A DNA stretch of 64,000 nucleotides from Dehalococcoidia bacterium (GCA_965237595.1 CBDEFY010000004.1:415414-479413), one strand, 5' to 3'; shown: positions 8,063-17,933, counted from the stretch's first letter. Notes: generated by a model from the sequence alone, not told the origin. A program made the numbers and translations.

Positions 8063-10285
8063 TTGCTCCGCATCTACAACACCCTGGCAAAACGGGTGGA
8101 AGAAATCCGCCCCGCTACGCCGGGGACCATCCAAATGTACACCTGCGGCCCCACTGTGTACCGCGACGCCCATATCGGCAACCTTCGCACCTACCTCATG
8201 GCCGACTGGGTCCGCCGTTCGCTGATTCACAGCGGCCTGCAGGTACAGCACATCAAAAACATCACCGACGTAGGCCACATGCGGCAGGAATTGGTCGAGG
8301 CCGGCGGCGATAAGATGATTATGGCAGCCCTGGCCGAGGGCAAAACCGTTCAGGAAATCGCCAATATGTATGCGGGGCGGTTCCACCGGGACGAGGCCCG
8401 CCTCAACATCCTGGAAGCTACGGTGTTCCCCTGGGCCAGTCACCACATCGCTGAGATGATTTCCATCGTCGAAACCCTGCTGGCCAATGGGCATGCCTAC
8501 GAGAAGGGCGGCAACCTGTATTTCGACGTTGCCGGCTTCAACGGCTACGGCAAACTCTCCCGCAACACCGGCGCCGACCTGCTGGAAGGCGTCCGTTCCG
8601 AGGCCGACCCGTTGAAGCGCGACCCCAGGGACTTCACCCTCTGGAAGGCCGCTGAGCCGGGCCGCGACTTGAAGTGGGACAGCCCTTGGGGCCCCGGATT
8701 CCCCGGCTGGCACATCGAGTGTTCGGCCATGGCCTTCAAGTACCTGGGAGAGAGCTTCGACATCCACACCGGGGGCATCGACAACGTATTTCCGCACCAC
8801 GAAGACGAGATTGCCCAGAGCGAGGCCACCTTCGGCCATCAACACGTGAATTATTGGGTCCACGCGCAGCACCTGTTGGCCGACGGCGCCAAGATGGCCA
8901 AATCGGCGGGTAACGTTTTCCTGATTGAGGAGTTGATTGAGCGGGGATTCTCGCCCCTTTCCTTCCGGTACCTGTGCATGACCATCCTGTACCGCCACCG
9001 CATGAATTTCACCTTCACTTCGTTAAAGGCCGCAGAAAAGGCCCTGACCGGCCTACGGCAGCGGGTATGGCTCTGGAACCAGGAACCGGAATCCAACGGA
9101 CACTCGGCGGAAACCGGTGAAATCGAGAAAACCGGGGAATATCGGCGGCGATTCTGGGACACCATCGAGAACGACTTGGACCTTCCGAGCGCCCTTGCCT
9201 TGACCTGGGAGATGGTCCGGTCGGAACTGCCGGGCCGCGCCAAGATGGACCTGCTGCTTGAATTTGACCAGATGTTCGGCTTGGACCTGGGCAAGGCCCC
9301 AGCCGAGAATGCCGTGGCGGTCGATGTTACCGCCGCTATCAAGGTCAGAGACGGGCACCGGGAGAAGTCCGACTACTCCATTGCGGATTCCCTGAGGGGC
9401 CAACTCGCCTCAGATGGATACGTGGTCCAAGACACCCCCGGCGGCACGCGGGCCCGGCCCAAAACCCCCCTGGAACTGCGGCGAGAGAAATGGGTCTCGG
9501 TGTCATCGTCCCGGGAGGTGGAGTCTTACTTGGACCAGCCCTCCGAGTTGGACTTCACATTCATATTGAACGCCTACGGGTATCCCAGCGACGTCAAGCG
9601 TTGTGTGGAAGGAATGCTCAATCACTCCGGGGACCACTCGGTGGAGGCCATCGTCATCGACAACGGTTCTACCGACGGTACCGGAGAGATGCTGGAGGAG
9701 TTGAAGAGTCAACATCCGGCTCTCCGGCTGGTCCACTGCGACCACGTTATCGGCGACGCCGCCAGCAAGAATATCGGTCTGAAACAGAGCCGGGGACACA
9801 ACATCGTGGTGATGGACGGCTCTGCGGAGATTACAGGAAATATCCTGGGCCCAATCTCCCAGAAACTGGAAGACCCGACTGTGGGAATCTTTGGTCCCTA
9901 CGGACTCAGCACCGACGACCTCCAACACTTCCACGAGGAGGTGGAAGAGGGCGATGCCGACGCGATGCAGGCATACTGCATGGCTTTCCGCCGTGAGGCG
10001 GTAAACACCGTAGGGCTGATGCGGGAGTGCTTCCGGTTCTACCGCAACTTGGACATCGACTATTGCTTCCAGTTCAAGGACAAGGGTTTCCGAGTCGTGG
10101 CCGACTCCTCCTTACCCTTGGTCCGCCACGAACACCGCCAATGGACGGAGTTGGACGACAATCAGCGCGACGAACTGAGCAGAAAAAACTTCGGACGGTT
10201 CCTGAAGCGATGGGGCAACCGGCCCGATCTCCTGATTACCGCGGACGCTGTGGGATTTGAGAACCAGCAACGGTTCCACCATTAG
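8063..10285 (+). CDS. cysS: cysteine--tRNA ligase fused to a C-terminal family-2 glycosyltransferase domain
   Basis: The N-terminal ~470 aa carry CysRS hallmarks: TCGPTVY, HIGN (HIGH), WHIEC, HHEDEIAQSEA and KMAKS (KMSKS). The C-terminal anticodon-binding helix region IADSLRGQLASDGYVVQDTPGG is also present. Residues ~500-740 read as a GT-A fold GT2 (FTFILNAYGYP...VIDNGSTDGTGEML...VVMDGS). One uninterrupted 740-aa ORF with a TTG start. Confidence 0.85.
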   Translation: MLRIYNTLAKRVEEIRPATPGTIQMYTCGPTVYRDAHIGNLRTYLMADWVRRSLIHSGLQVQHIKNITDVGHMRQELVEAGGDKMIMAALAEGKTVQEIANMYAGRFHRDEARLNILEATVFPWASHHIAEMISIVETLLANGHAYEKGGNLYFDVAGFNGYGKLSRNTGADLLEGVRSEADPLKRDPRDFTLWKAAEPGRDLKWDSPWGPGFPGWHIECSAMAFKYLGESFDIHTGGIDNVFPHHEDEIAQSEATFGHQHVNYWVHAQHLLADGAKMAKSAGNVFLIEELIERGFSPLSFRYLCMTILYRHRMNFTFTSLKAAEKALTGLRQRVWLWNQEPESNGHSAETGEIEKTGEYRRRFWDTIENDLDLPSALALTWEMVRSELPGRAKMDLLLEFDQMFGLDLGKAPAENAVAVDVTAAIKVRDGHREKSDYSIADSLRGQLASDGYVVQDTPGGTRARPKTPLELRREKWVSVSSSREVESYLDQPSELDFTFILNAYGYPSDVKRCVEGMLNHSGDHSVEAIVIDNGSTDGTGEMLEELKSQHPALRLVHCDHVIGDAASKNIGLKQSRGHNIVVMDGSAEITGNILGPISQKLEDPTVGIFGPYGLSTDDLQHFHEEVEEGDADAMQAYCMAFRREAVNTVGLMRECFRFYRNLDIDYCFQFKDKGFRVVADSSLPLVRHEHRQWTELDDNQRDELSRKNFGRFLKRWGNRPDLLITADAVGFENQQRFHH

Positions 10286-10695
10286 GCCGCCCTGTGCCAG
10301 CGGGGTCTTAAACGGCTTCCGATAAGCCTGCTTTCCGCCCAACGTTCCAGGGTCAGGTCTCGCCGCAATATCTGGTCTCGTCGGGCTTCATCCAATGGCC
10401 CCACAACAAATTCGGAAACCGCTGATTTTTAATACTGATTTATTACTAACCAACATCGTAAGATGGTTTCTAACCGATCTTATATTCGCGTCGTAATACT
10501 TCCCCATTGGTTTCGTTTGGCCGGGCAACCTAGGTCTAATTTCGCGGGTTTAGCTGCATCTCCGACATGCGATATTCATCTTCAATCATTATCCAAATCT
10601 CATCCTTGACTCTGTGCCTGGCTGATGCTAGATTCCGGTCTGGTCCAACACTGTTTTTCCTGGTCCCCCGCACCGTCCGGCGGAGCGCCTAACCA

Positions 10696-11661
10696 ATGTC
10701 CGAGATTTCCGAGAGACTATTGGCCGGCGAACAAAGGGCGCTATCGCGGTTAATCACCTTGTTAGAGCGGGGAGACCCGGCGGCCGCCGAGGCAATGAAG
10801 GCGGTCGACGGCCATACTGGAAGGGCATACACCGTAGGAATCACAGGTCCTCCGGGCTCGGGAAAGAGCACCATTGTGGACCAACTGACGCAGTTGGTGC
10901 GGGAGACAGGGTCGAAAGTGGGCATCATAGCTGTCGATCCCACCAGCCCCTTTACCGGCGGCGCCATACTGGGCGACCGCATTCGGATGCAACGCCACTA
11001 TCTGGATTCCGGGGTCTTTATCCGTAGCGTGGCTACGCGGGGCCAAACTGGCGGGTTGCCTCGGATAGTTAAAACCATGGTCCGGGCGCTCGATGCCTCC
11101 GGAATCGACCTGATAATCGTCGAGACAGTGGGAGTCGGACAGACCGAACTGAGTATCATTAGTGTGGCAGACACCGTGTTGGTTGCGTTGAACCCCGAAT
11201 CGGGAGACGCGATTCAAACACTGAAAGCGGGAGTTATGGAGATCGCCGACGTTTACGTTGTAAACAAGGCGGACCGCGACGGAGCAGACCAAATGGCGAC
11301 AGCCATCACCGGAATGCTCCACCTGTCCATCACCAGTCCCGATTGGAGCCCGCCTGTATTGCTGACGACCGCTCATACCGGTCAGGGCATCGAGGACCTC
11401 TGGGTAAAGGTACAAAATCACCGCGAGTTCCTCACCACCAGTGGCGGCCTAGAAGACCGCCGGGTAAGACAGCGCAAAAGGGAATTCTTGGAGGCGGTGG
11501 AGGAGGTGTTGGCGCAACGTCTTCGCAACAAGGTGGAAAACGACCCTGACCTCAGCGCTACTTTGGAGAAGGTAGCGGGGAAAGAGACCGATCCATACTC
11601 CGCAGCGTTGGAGTACCTGGAATCTTCCCCATTATCATCAGACTGGCTCAACACCCAGTAG
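10696..11661 (+). CDS. meaB: methylmalonyl-CoA-mutase-associated G3E GTPase (MeaB/ArgK)
   Basis: P-loop GITGPPGSGKST, ETVGVGQ, and the NKADRDGA (NKxD) motif. 321 aa. Confidence 0.85.
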   Translation: MSEISERLLAGEQRALSRLITLLERGDPAAAEAMKAVDGHTGRAYTVGITGPPGSGKSTIVDQLTQLVRETGSKVGIIAVDPTSPFTGGAILGDRIRMQRHYLDSGVFIRSVATRGQTGGLPRIVKTMVRALDASGIDLIIVETVGVGQTELSIISVADTVLVALNPESGDAIQTLKAGVMEIADVYVVNKADRDGADQMATAITGMLHLSITSPDWSPPVLLTTAHTGQGIEDLWVKVQNHREFLTTSGGLEDRRVRQRKREFLEAVEEVLAQRLRNKVENDPDLSATLEKVAGKETDPYSAALEYLESSPLSSDWLNTQ

Positions 11662-11781
11662 GCGTACCAAATCGGCACGCCGGTGGGCGGGCTACTCCAC
11701 TGGACTTTCCCCGAGGCCATCTGTCCCTCTGGCGCGGACAGAGAGACTACAAAATCCGATTCTCGGAGGTGGGAATTCGTA

Positions 11782-12420
11782 ATGTCAGTATTAGGTGTCG
11801 ATTTAAGGGCCTCTCGTAAAAAGCCCTCCGCGGTAGCCATATTAGATTCACATTCTCATTTGACTGAATTGGGAAGTTTCTACGAAGACAGCGAACTGGC
11901 TGAGCTGGTGGACAAAGTCCGGCCTAGCCTAATCGCCATCGGCGCCCCGCTCAACCTACCGTCGGGCTTTTGCTGCTTGGACCAGACCTGCGATTGCTGG
12001 TTCTCGGTACCCGATAGGAAAGGCCGTCTGCTTGAGCTCGAAATGGCCAAGATGGGGATCAGTTGCTTCTACACCAACAAGGGTTCCATCATCAGGGACC
12101 TGATTTACCGGGGGACCAGTTTGAGCCACGACCTCAAAGCCATGGGCTACAACGTGATTGAGGTATATCCCCACGCAACCAAGATGCTTCTCTTTGGTGA
12201 CAAGGTACCGCCGAAGAACAGCCCGAATAGCTTGAGCTATCTGATTGGCCATCTGACGCCTCTGGTCTCAGGGATGGAAGAACGTGCCGACGACCTGGAC
12301 CGGAACGCCTGTGACGCCATAATCAACGCCTACACGGGACAACTGCACGCTCAACGCGACACCGATATCCTGGGAGACCCAGAGGAGGGTATCTTGGTAC
12401 TGCCCAAGCTGCCAAATTAA
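11782..12420 (+). CDS. DUF429-like predicted RNase-H-fold protein
   Basis: MSVLGVDLRASRKKPSAVAILD...LIAIGAPLNLPSG...VIEVYPHAT matches the pattern I associate with DUF429/COG2410. Start set at ATG 11782; the upstream part of the track ORF looks non-coding. Confidence 0.5.
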   Translation: MSVLGVDLRASRKKPSAVAILDSHSHLTELGSFYEDSELAELVDKVRPSLIAIGAPLNLPSGFCCLDQTCDCWFSVPDRKGRLLELEMAKMGISCFYTNKGSIIRDLIYRGTSLSHDLKAMGYNVIEVYPHATKMLLFGDKVPPKNSPNSLSYLIGHLTPLVSGMEERADDLDRNACDAIINAYTGQLHAQRDTDILGDPEEGILVLPKLPN

Positions 12421-12654
12421 ACAGGGGAACCGGACCCCAAACAGGGACCATAAAGTGCCCATGGCCGGATTCAGAAGGTCGGTCATGAGCGCTTTTTTAA
12501 TCTGTCCCGTTATGACCGGTCCAGGGAATTTGGGGGCCGGACGGCCCACAATATGAGAGTGCAACGAGGCTTGCCTCTCCCGGCAGGTACCCCTATGGTG
12601 GGATTAGAAGAGGTTGATAGACCCGGGCCGGAGCCGTCTGAGGAGGTGTGGAAG

Positions 12655-13260
12655 TTGGACCTGCAAGTACACGGGCGCAACCTGGAAATCACCGAGAAGA
12701 CCCAGGAGCACATCGAAAGCAAACTGAAACAGATAGACCGCCACCTTCCGGGAATCTCGGATGTGACAGTGGAGTTGGCGTGCGAGGCTACCCGCTCGAA
12801 CAATGACCGCATCGTGGCCCAGGTCACCCTACATGTTGGCGGGACTCTGCTTCGAGCCCAGCAACGGGCCGGAAACACCAAAGCTGCGGTGAACTCCGTA
12901 GCCCAGACGCTGGACCAGCAGATAAAGCGCTACAAGAGCCATGCGTACCGCAGCGAACGCAGCCGTCTGGCAAGCCGCGGCGCCAACCTAGAGACAGTGG
13001 CATCGTATGATGACACCGGCGGGCCGGATGAGGGAATAATGGCCGGGCCTGCGGCAACAGGCGGCGGGTCCGCGGACGGGCAGGTAGTCCGGGTGAAAGA
13101 GTTTGAGATGGAGCCCACGAGCGTGGAAGAGGCCGCCGCTCAGATGCAGTTTCTGGGCCACTCATTCTATATGTTCTTGGACTCCGAATCAGACAAGCAC
13201 AGCGTCCTATATCCGCGGAGAGACGGAAATTACGGACTGATACAACCCAAGTCCTCTTAG
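12655..13260 (+). CDS. hpf: ribosome hibernation promoting factor, long form
   Basis: N-domain LDLQVHGRNLEITEKTQEHIESKLKQIDRHL and C-terminal dimerisation domain VVRVKEFEMEPTSVEEAAAQMQFLGHSFYMFLD. Start proposed at TTG 12655, 8 nt after GAGGAGG; the track ORF begins at 12553. Confidence 0.85.
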   Translation: MDLQVHGRNLEITEKTQEHIESKLKQIDRHLPGISDVTVELACEATRSNNDRIVAQVTLHVGGTLLRAQQRAGNTKAAVNSVAQTLDQQIKRYKSHAYRSERSRLASRGANLETVASYDDTGGPDEGIMAGPAATGGGSADGQVVRVKEFEMEPTSVEEAAAQMQFLGHSFYMFLDSESDKHSVLYPRRDGNYGLIQPKSS

Positions 13261-13279
13261 ACAGGAACAGCGCATTAAT

Positions 13280-13326
13280 AAGGCCATCCCTCCAACCGGC
13301 TCTGCGGAGGAAGGATGGCCTTTTTG
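13280..13326. terminator. bidirectional intrinsic terminator hairpin between convergent hpf and SPFH genes
   Basis: AAGGCCATCC (13280-13289) pairs with GGATGGCCTT (13313-13322) and is followed by TTTTTG. Confidence 0.6.
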
Positions 13327-13360
13327 CTATCCCGGCACTGGTTGCCTTGAGAGATTGGTG

Positions 13361-14227
13361 CTACGCGGATTTGCCGTCACCGTTGCCCTGGTTGCCGCCC
13401 ATACCCAAGAAATTGCCCAACATGGAGGTAAATTCCATGGGGAAGATCCATTTGGTGGACGGGCTGTCGCCCAGGGATTTCAGAGTCTCGAAGTACTGGA
13501 GACTCATGGTGCGCCCGTCGGCGGTGGAGGCAATAGTATTGATGCGTTCCAGGGCTTCGCTGAACCCCATGGCCCTAAGCACGGCCGCCTGCTGTTCGCC
13601 CTCTGCCGTGAGAATCTCCGCTTGGCGGCTGCCCTCGGCCGATAGTATGGCCGCCTGCTTCTCGCCTTCGGCGACGTTGATCTGAGACTGCCTGGCGCCC
13701 TCGGACTCGGTGATCTCGGCGGTCTTGATTGCCTCCGCCGATTTTTCCCGTTCCATGGCCGCCTTCACGCCGGGAGGCGGGTCGATCTCGTTGATCTCCA
13801 CCTGGGAGATCTTGACCCCCCAACGTTCGGTGACTTCGTCCATCCGCACTTGGAGGGCGTCCCTGATGCGCTCTCTTTCCGCCAGGGCTTCGGACAGCGT
13901 GGTGCCGCCAATAACCGCCCTCAAGGTGGCGAAGGCCAGGTTCACCACGGCCAACTCAAAGTTCTGAATCTCCAGAACCGCGCGCTCGGCGTACTCCTCC
14001 ATCACCCGGTAGTAGATGACGAAGTCCATGTCCACCACCACGTTGTCGGCGGTGATGTATTTCTGGGTCGGCACCCGGGTCACCCGCTCCCTCAGGTCTA
14101 CCTTGGTCCCGTGGTAGATCAAGGGCACAAGGAAGTGCAACCCCGAACGCCGGGTGCCCACGAAGGTGCCAAACTTCTGCACGACCATCCGTTGGTATTG
14201 TTGTACCAGTACCACTCCCGCTGACAT
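13361..14227 (-). CDS. SPFH/band-7 (stomatin-like) protein
   Basis: The typical SPFH core is followed by an Ala/Glu-rich coiled C-terminus (AEGEKQAAILSAEGSRQAEILTAEGEQQAAVL). It sits immediately downstream of an NfeD gene. Confidence 0.85.
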   Translation of the reverse strand: MSAGVVLVQQYQRMVVQKFGTFVGTRRSGLHFLVPLIYHGTKVDLRERVTRVPTQKYITADNVVVDMDFVIYYRVMEEYAERAVLEIQNFELAVVNLAFATLRAVIGGTTLSEALAERERIRDALQVRMDEVTERWGVKISQVEINEIDPPPGVKAAMEREKSAEAIKTAEITESEGARQSQINVAEGEKQAAILSAEGSRQAEILTAEGEQQAAVLRAMGFSEALERINTIASTADGRTMSLQYFETLKSLGDSPSTKWIFPMEFTSMLGNFLGMGGNQGNGDGKSA

Positions 14228-14295
14228 ATGATCCTCCCTATATACCGGACCCTTTCTAGCGTGTTCGGAACGAGTTTACGAGTTGCCCGATTGTG

Positions 14296-15675
14296 TTACG
14301 AGTTCTCTGGCTCTTCTGAGTCATTTTGTCTAAATACAGTCAAAATCAGTCCATCCGCGCTCGTGACTTCAACCGGTTCGCCAACTGGAATCACACTACC
14401 ATCTCCGCTTATGGCTGTCCAGGTTTCGTTTCCCACCAAGACAATGCCCCTGGGGGCCAATTCGCCGGTCACCCTGCCTTGCATGCCGGTCAAGACCGCC
14501 GCCTTCTCCGGAGGACCCCGCTTTCGTGACTGGTAGGCTTCTTTAACGACATACGACAACACCACCGCGACCAGACCTACCACGATGGCTACCAGCCAGC
14601 GGCTCACCGAGATGGACGGCATCGTAGGGGAGGCGTCGCCGAACTGAGTGAACAGAATCAACCCCCCGACCAAAAGGCTCACTATGGCGCCCACGCCTAA
14701 GATACCGAACCCTGCCACCGCCACCTCCAGGGCTGCCAGTGCCACGGCCAACAGAATAAACACCACTCCGGCCCAGTTCACCGGCAGGTTGCCCAAGGCC
14801 AAGAACGTCAGCAGCAGGCAAATCACCCCCACCACCCCGGGAGCGACAAGCCCGGGGTTGAACAGCTCCACCACGATGCCCAGGCCACCCACGATCAACA
14901 GGATAAAGGACACGTTGGGGTCGGAGATGAACTCCAAGAAGTGCTCCAAGACGTTCTTTTCGAAGGACCGAATCTCCAGACCCTCCGTCTCCATTACCAC
15001 CGTTCCCATAGACGTTTCCGCGCTCAAGCCGTCGAGTTGGACCAACAAGTCGTCCAGGTCCTCGGCGATGAGGTCCACCACGTTGTCGGCCAACGCCTCT
15101 TGGGCCGAGTAAGAGGCCGCCGATCGGACCGTCTCTTCCAGCTTGTCCTCATTGCGGCCCCGCTCCTGGGCGATGCTCCTCATCAGGGCGGCAGCGTCGT
15201 TCTCCACCTTGCTGGCCAGGGTGTCATCCAAGTCTTCGCCGGTGGCGGATATGGGAGTGGCCGCGCCGATGTTGGTTCCTAGAGCCATGACCGCGAAGTT
15301 GCCGGCCGCCGTTATGAAGGTCCCCGCCGAGCCGGCCCTGGCTCCCTTTGGCGAGACGAACACCGCCACTGGGACGGGCGACTCCAAGAGCAACTCGACA
15401 ATCTCTCTGGTGGAGCTCAGTAGTCCACCGGGGGTGTCCAGTTCGATTATCAAGAGCGCCGCTCCGTCTTCTTGGGCCTGGTCTATGGCCCGGGAAATGA
15501 ACCCTTCCTTTACCGGATTGATGATGCCGTCGACGGTCATCACCAAGGCGTGGGGGCCCTGGGGAGCCTGAGCATGGGCCAGCAAGGGGCCCAGTAGGCC
15601 GGTAAGCAACAGACCTAACGAGAGAGAAACGAAGCAGAGACGGACGATACGGAGCCGCCGGGTCATAAAGTCCAC
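14296..15675 (-). CDS. NfeD-family membrane-bound ClpP-class serine protease
   Basis: Signal/TM N-terminus, then a ClpP-like domain (LLIIELDTPGGLLSSTREIV...SAGTFITAAG), a multi-TM block and a C-terminal OB-like NfeD domain. Classic pairing with the SPFH gene. Confidence 0.85.
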   Translation of the reverse strand: MDFMTRRLRIVRLCFVSLSLGLLLTGLLGPLLAHAQAPQGPHALVMTVDGIINPVKEGFISRAIDQAQEDGAALLIIELDTPGGLLSSTREIVELLLESPVPVAVFVSPKGARAGSAGTFITAAGNFAVMALGTNIGAATPISATGEDLDDTLASKVENDAAALMRSIAQERGRNEDKLEETVRSAASYSAQEALADNVVDLIAEDLDDLLVQLDGLSAETSMGTVVMETEGLEIRSFEKNVLEHFLEFISDPNVSFILLIVGGLGIVVELFNPGLVAPGVVGVICLLLTFLALGNLPVNWAGVVFILLAVALAALEVAVAGFGILGVGAIVSLLVGGLILFTQFGDASPTMPSISVSRWLVAIVVGLVAVVLSYVVKEAYQSRKRGPPEKAAVLTGMQGRVTGELAPRGIVLVGNETWTAISGDGSVIPVGEPVEVTSADGLILTVFRQNDSEEPENS

Positions 15676-15785
15676 CGCCTTGGGTTCGAGGCTTCCAGTC
15701 TAACCGGAAACGGCCTGTAGGTGGAAGTTAGACCCGGGACACGGATTCTGCCAGGGCTTCTTGCGATGAGAATAGCTCTGTCGGC

Positions 15786-16958
15786 TCAGGCGCCTTTGCC
15801 ATCCGCGCTAGCAAGGGGGTTCACCAGCCTCAGTACGCCGCCCAAAGTGGGGTTGCCCAGGATCTTGCCAATCATCGAGCTATGCCAGTCGAAGGAGACC
15901 TCCGGGGAGTTGGCCAACTCGGCAACAAATCCGTTCTTGCTGGCCTGGTGGATAAGGGAGCTAATGTGGCTGTCACCCAGGAACTCAAACAGGCGGCGGG
16001 CGCAGTATCCCACTTCCAGTTCTTTGGATAGCAGGCTCTTCCACTCTCTCTGATAGGCCCCCAAGCGGTTGGCGGACAGATTATCATCGTACAGGGCTTG
16101 GTCCAGCGCCTCGGAGGCGACCTCGCTGGCCAGGAGCGAGTAAAAGATGCCCCCGCCGGTGGTCGGTTTTACCTGACCGGCGGCGTCGCCCACCACCAAG
16201 ACGCGGTCCAAGTAGGTCTTGCGGAGGGGCCTGAGGGGGATGCCCCAGCAGGTGGATTTGTCTACCGACCCCCTGATTCTTCCCTCCGCCTCCCGAGCGG
16301 AGATAAATCGGGCGAATCGCTCCGGAGCGTCCTTCCGCGCCAAGAGGCCAGCCAGGGCGTAACCGGGACGGGTGGGCACCAGCCAGGCAAAGAACCCAGG
16401 GGCCACGTTACGGCCCAGGTACACTTCCACTTCGTCCAGACCATCGGTTTCGACCAGGGCCTGGACACCCACCGCGTAGTCCGAGGCTTCGCCCAGTCCC
16501 AAAACACGGTTCAGTTGAGAGCCGAATCCGGTGGCCAAGACCAGGGCCCTGGCTTCTATAGCTCCGTCACCGGTAACCACCGAGACCCGGTCTTTGTGCT
16601 GCTCTAGCTGCACGACCCGCCGGCCAAGTAGGTACCGGGCCCCGGCTTCTCTCGCTCTGTCGGCAAATGAAGAGACGTAAGCCACCCGGTTGACCACGCG
16701 CGCCACCGGCGCTAGGGTCTCGAATCTGATTCCTTCCAACGAAGGGGCAACGACCCGGGCCGAGTTGATTTCACGGTAGACCAGGCTGGGGTCGATGGGG
16801 TAACGGCGAAAACATTCCTCTCCGACCAAGCCGGTGCACAATTTGTCGCCGATATTTTCCCTAGAGTCGATGACGGTGACGCCGTAGCCTCGGGACGTCA
16901 AGGAGAGAGCAGCATTGTTGCCGGCCGGACCGGCTCCCACCACTATCACATCTTCCAA
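15786..16958 (-). CDS. NAD(P)/FAD-dependent oxidoreductase, geranylgeranyl-reductase family
   Basis: VIVVGAGPAGNNAALSLTSRGYGVTVIDSRE Rossmann motif and GDAAG motif (LVVGDAAGQVKPTTGGGI). Confidence 0.75.
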   Translation of the reverse strand: MEDVIVVGAGPAGNNAALSLTSRGYGVTVIDSRENIGDKLCTGLVGEECFRRYPIDPSLVYREINSARVVAPSLEGIRFETLAPVARVVNRVAYVSSFADRAREAGARYLLGRRVVQLEQHKDRVSVVTGDGAIEARALVLATGFGSQLNRVLGLGEASDYAVGVQALVETDGLDEVEVYLGRNVAPGFFAWLVPTRPGYALAGLLARKDAPERFARFISAREAEGRIRGSVDKSTCWGIPLRPLRKTYLDRVLVVGDAAGQVKPTTGGGIFYSLLASEVASEALDQALYDDNLSANRLGAYQREWKSLLSKELEVGYCARRLFEFLGDSHISSLIHQASKNGFVAELANSPEVSFDWHSSMIGKILGNPTLGGVLRLVNPLASADGKGA

Positions 16959-17149
16959 AATTTAGCGTACCTCGAAAAGCCCCGGATCTGGGGCCCGGTT
17001 GCCACGCGCCGATTATACTCCCAGGGTATGCACGCAGTCAGGCAAGCTAATTCCACCGTTATTGTCAACTGACCGACGGCGGATCATCGGGCTGGTTCCG
17101 GTCAAGTTCCCGGTCAGGTCCGGTAAAAATTGGCCGGTCACGCCACGCC

Positions 17150-17177
17150 TTGACATCGACTGGGGGACGTGTATAAT
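17150..17177 (+). promoter_or_regulatory. sigma-70-type promoter upstream of the FadR-type regulator
   Basis: Exact TTGACA (17150-17155), a 16-nt spacer, then exact TATAAT (17172-17177). Confidence 0.55.
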
Positions 17178-17194
17178 TTTGGCAAATCTAAGAT

Positions 17195-17205
17195 TGGTCA
17201 GACCA
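17195..17205. promoter_or_regulatory. FadR/GntR-type operator palindrome
   Basis: TGGTCAGACCA is a perfect inverted repeat (TGGTC-N-GACCA). It matches the TGGTCnGAC core of FadR-type operators. It lies 18 nt after the -10 box and 12 nt before the regulator ATG. Confidence 0.5.
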
Positions 17206-17216
17206 CTTTTTACCGA

Positions 17217-17933
17217 ATGCTGATACAGTCCAAATTACATAACCTACAGGGGCAGCGGCTCCATGTGTCCATCGTGCAGCGGTTCCATGCGCTGATACAG
17301 CAGGGCACCTTAAAGCACGGCGCCAAGCTGCCTGCGGAACGGGTGCTGGCCGAGCAGTTAAACGTGGGCCGCAGTTCGGTCAGAGAGGCCATCAGAACCC
17401 TGGAACTGCAAGGCCTGGTGGTCAGCAAGCACGGTTCCGGTACCTTCATCAACACGCAGAGTCTGGATGCCGTGGCGGCTTTGATGACAACTTCCTTGGG
17501 CGCGGGCTTGGGCGCGGATGAGGGCCAACTCCGGGACATCTTCGAGGTCCGCCACCTCCTTGAGCCCCAGCTCGCCGCTCTGGCCGCACAAAAGGCCACG
17601 CCAGAAGACGTTGAGCGCCTGGCCACCATCTTGGAGGAACAGCAGCGTCAGATTATGGAGGGCGAGACCGGCGTGGACGCCGACACCGAGTTCCACTTCG
17701 CACTGGCCACCGCGACCCACAATGCGGCCCTGGTTAAGGTTGTGAGCGCAGTGGAAGACGTGCTGCGGCAGTCCCGGAACCAGTCGCTGCAGCAGCCGGG
17801 AAGGGCCGAACGGTCCTTGGCCTCCCATCACCAGATCCTGGAAATGGTCCGGGAGGGAAACCACCTGGGCGCCAGGGAAGCCATGGAACACCATCTGACC
17901 GCAGTGGAGCCTTCCGCGGTATTCAGGGAATAA
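17217..17933 (+). CDS. GntR-family transcriptional regulator, FadR subfamily (FCD domain)
   Basis: Winged-HTH LPAERVLAEQLNVGRSSVREAIRTLELQGLVVSKHGSGTFI followed by an all-helical FCD-like C-domain. Start set at ATG 17217 because the track start (17169) overlaps the -10 box. Confidence 0.85.
   Translation: MLIQSKLHNLQGQRLHVSIVQRFHALIQQGTLKHGAKLPAERVLAEQLNVGRSSVREAIRTLELQGLVVSKHGSGTFINTQSLDAVAALMTTSLGAGLGADEGQLRDIFEVRHLLEPQLAALAAQKATPEDVERLATILEEQQRQIMEGETGVDADTEFHFALATATHNAALVKVVSAVEDVLRQSRNQSLQQPGRAERSLASHHQILEMVREGNHLGAREAMEHHLTAVEPSAVFRE

Noticed and set aside
8063-9480. The CysRS part being an MshC-type Cys ligase rather than a tRNA synthetase
   Set aside because: The C-terminal anticodon-binding helical region typical of genuine CysRS is retained (..IADSLRGQLASDGYVVQDTPGG). 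I therefore keep the housekeeping call and mention the thiol idea only as speculation.
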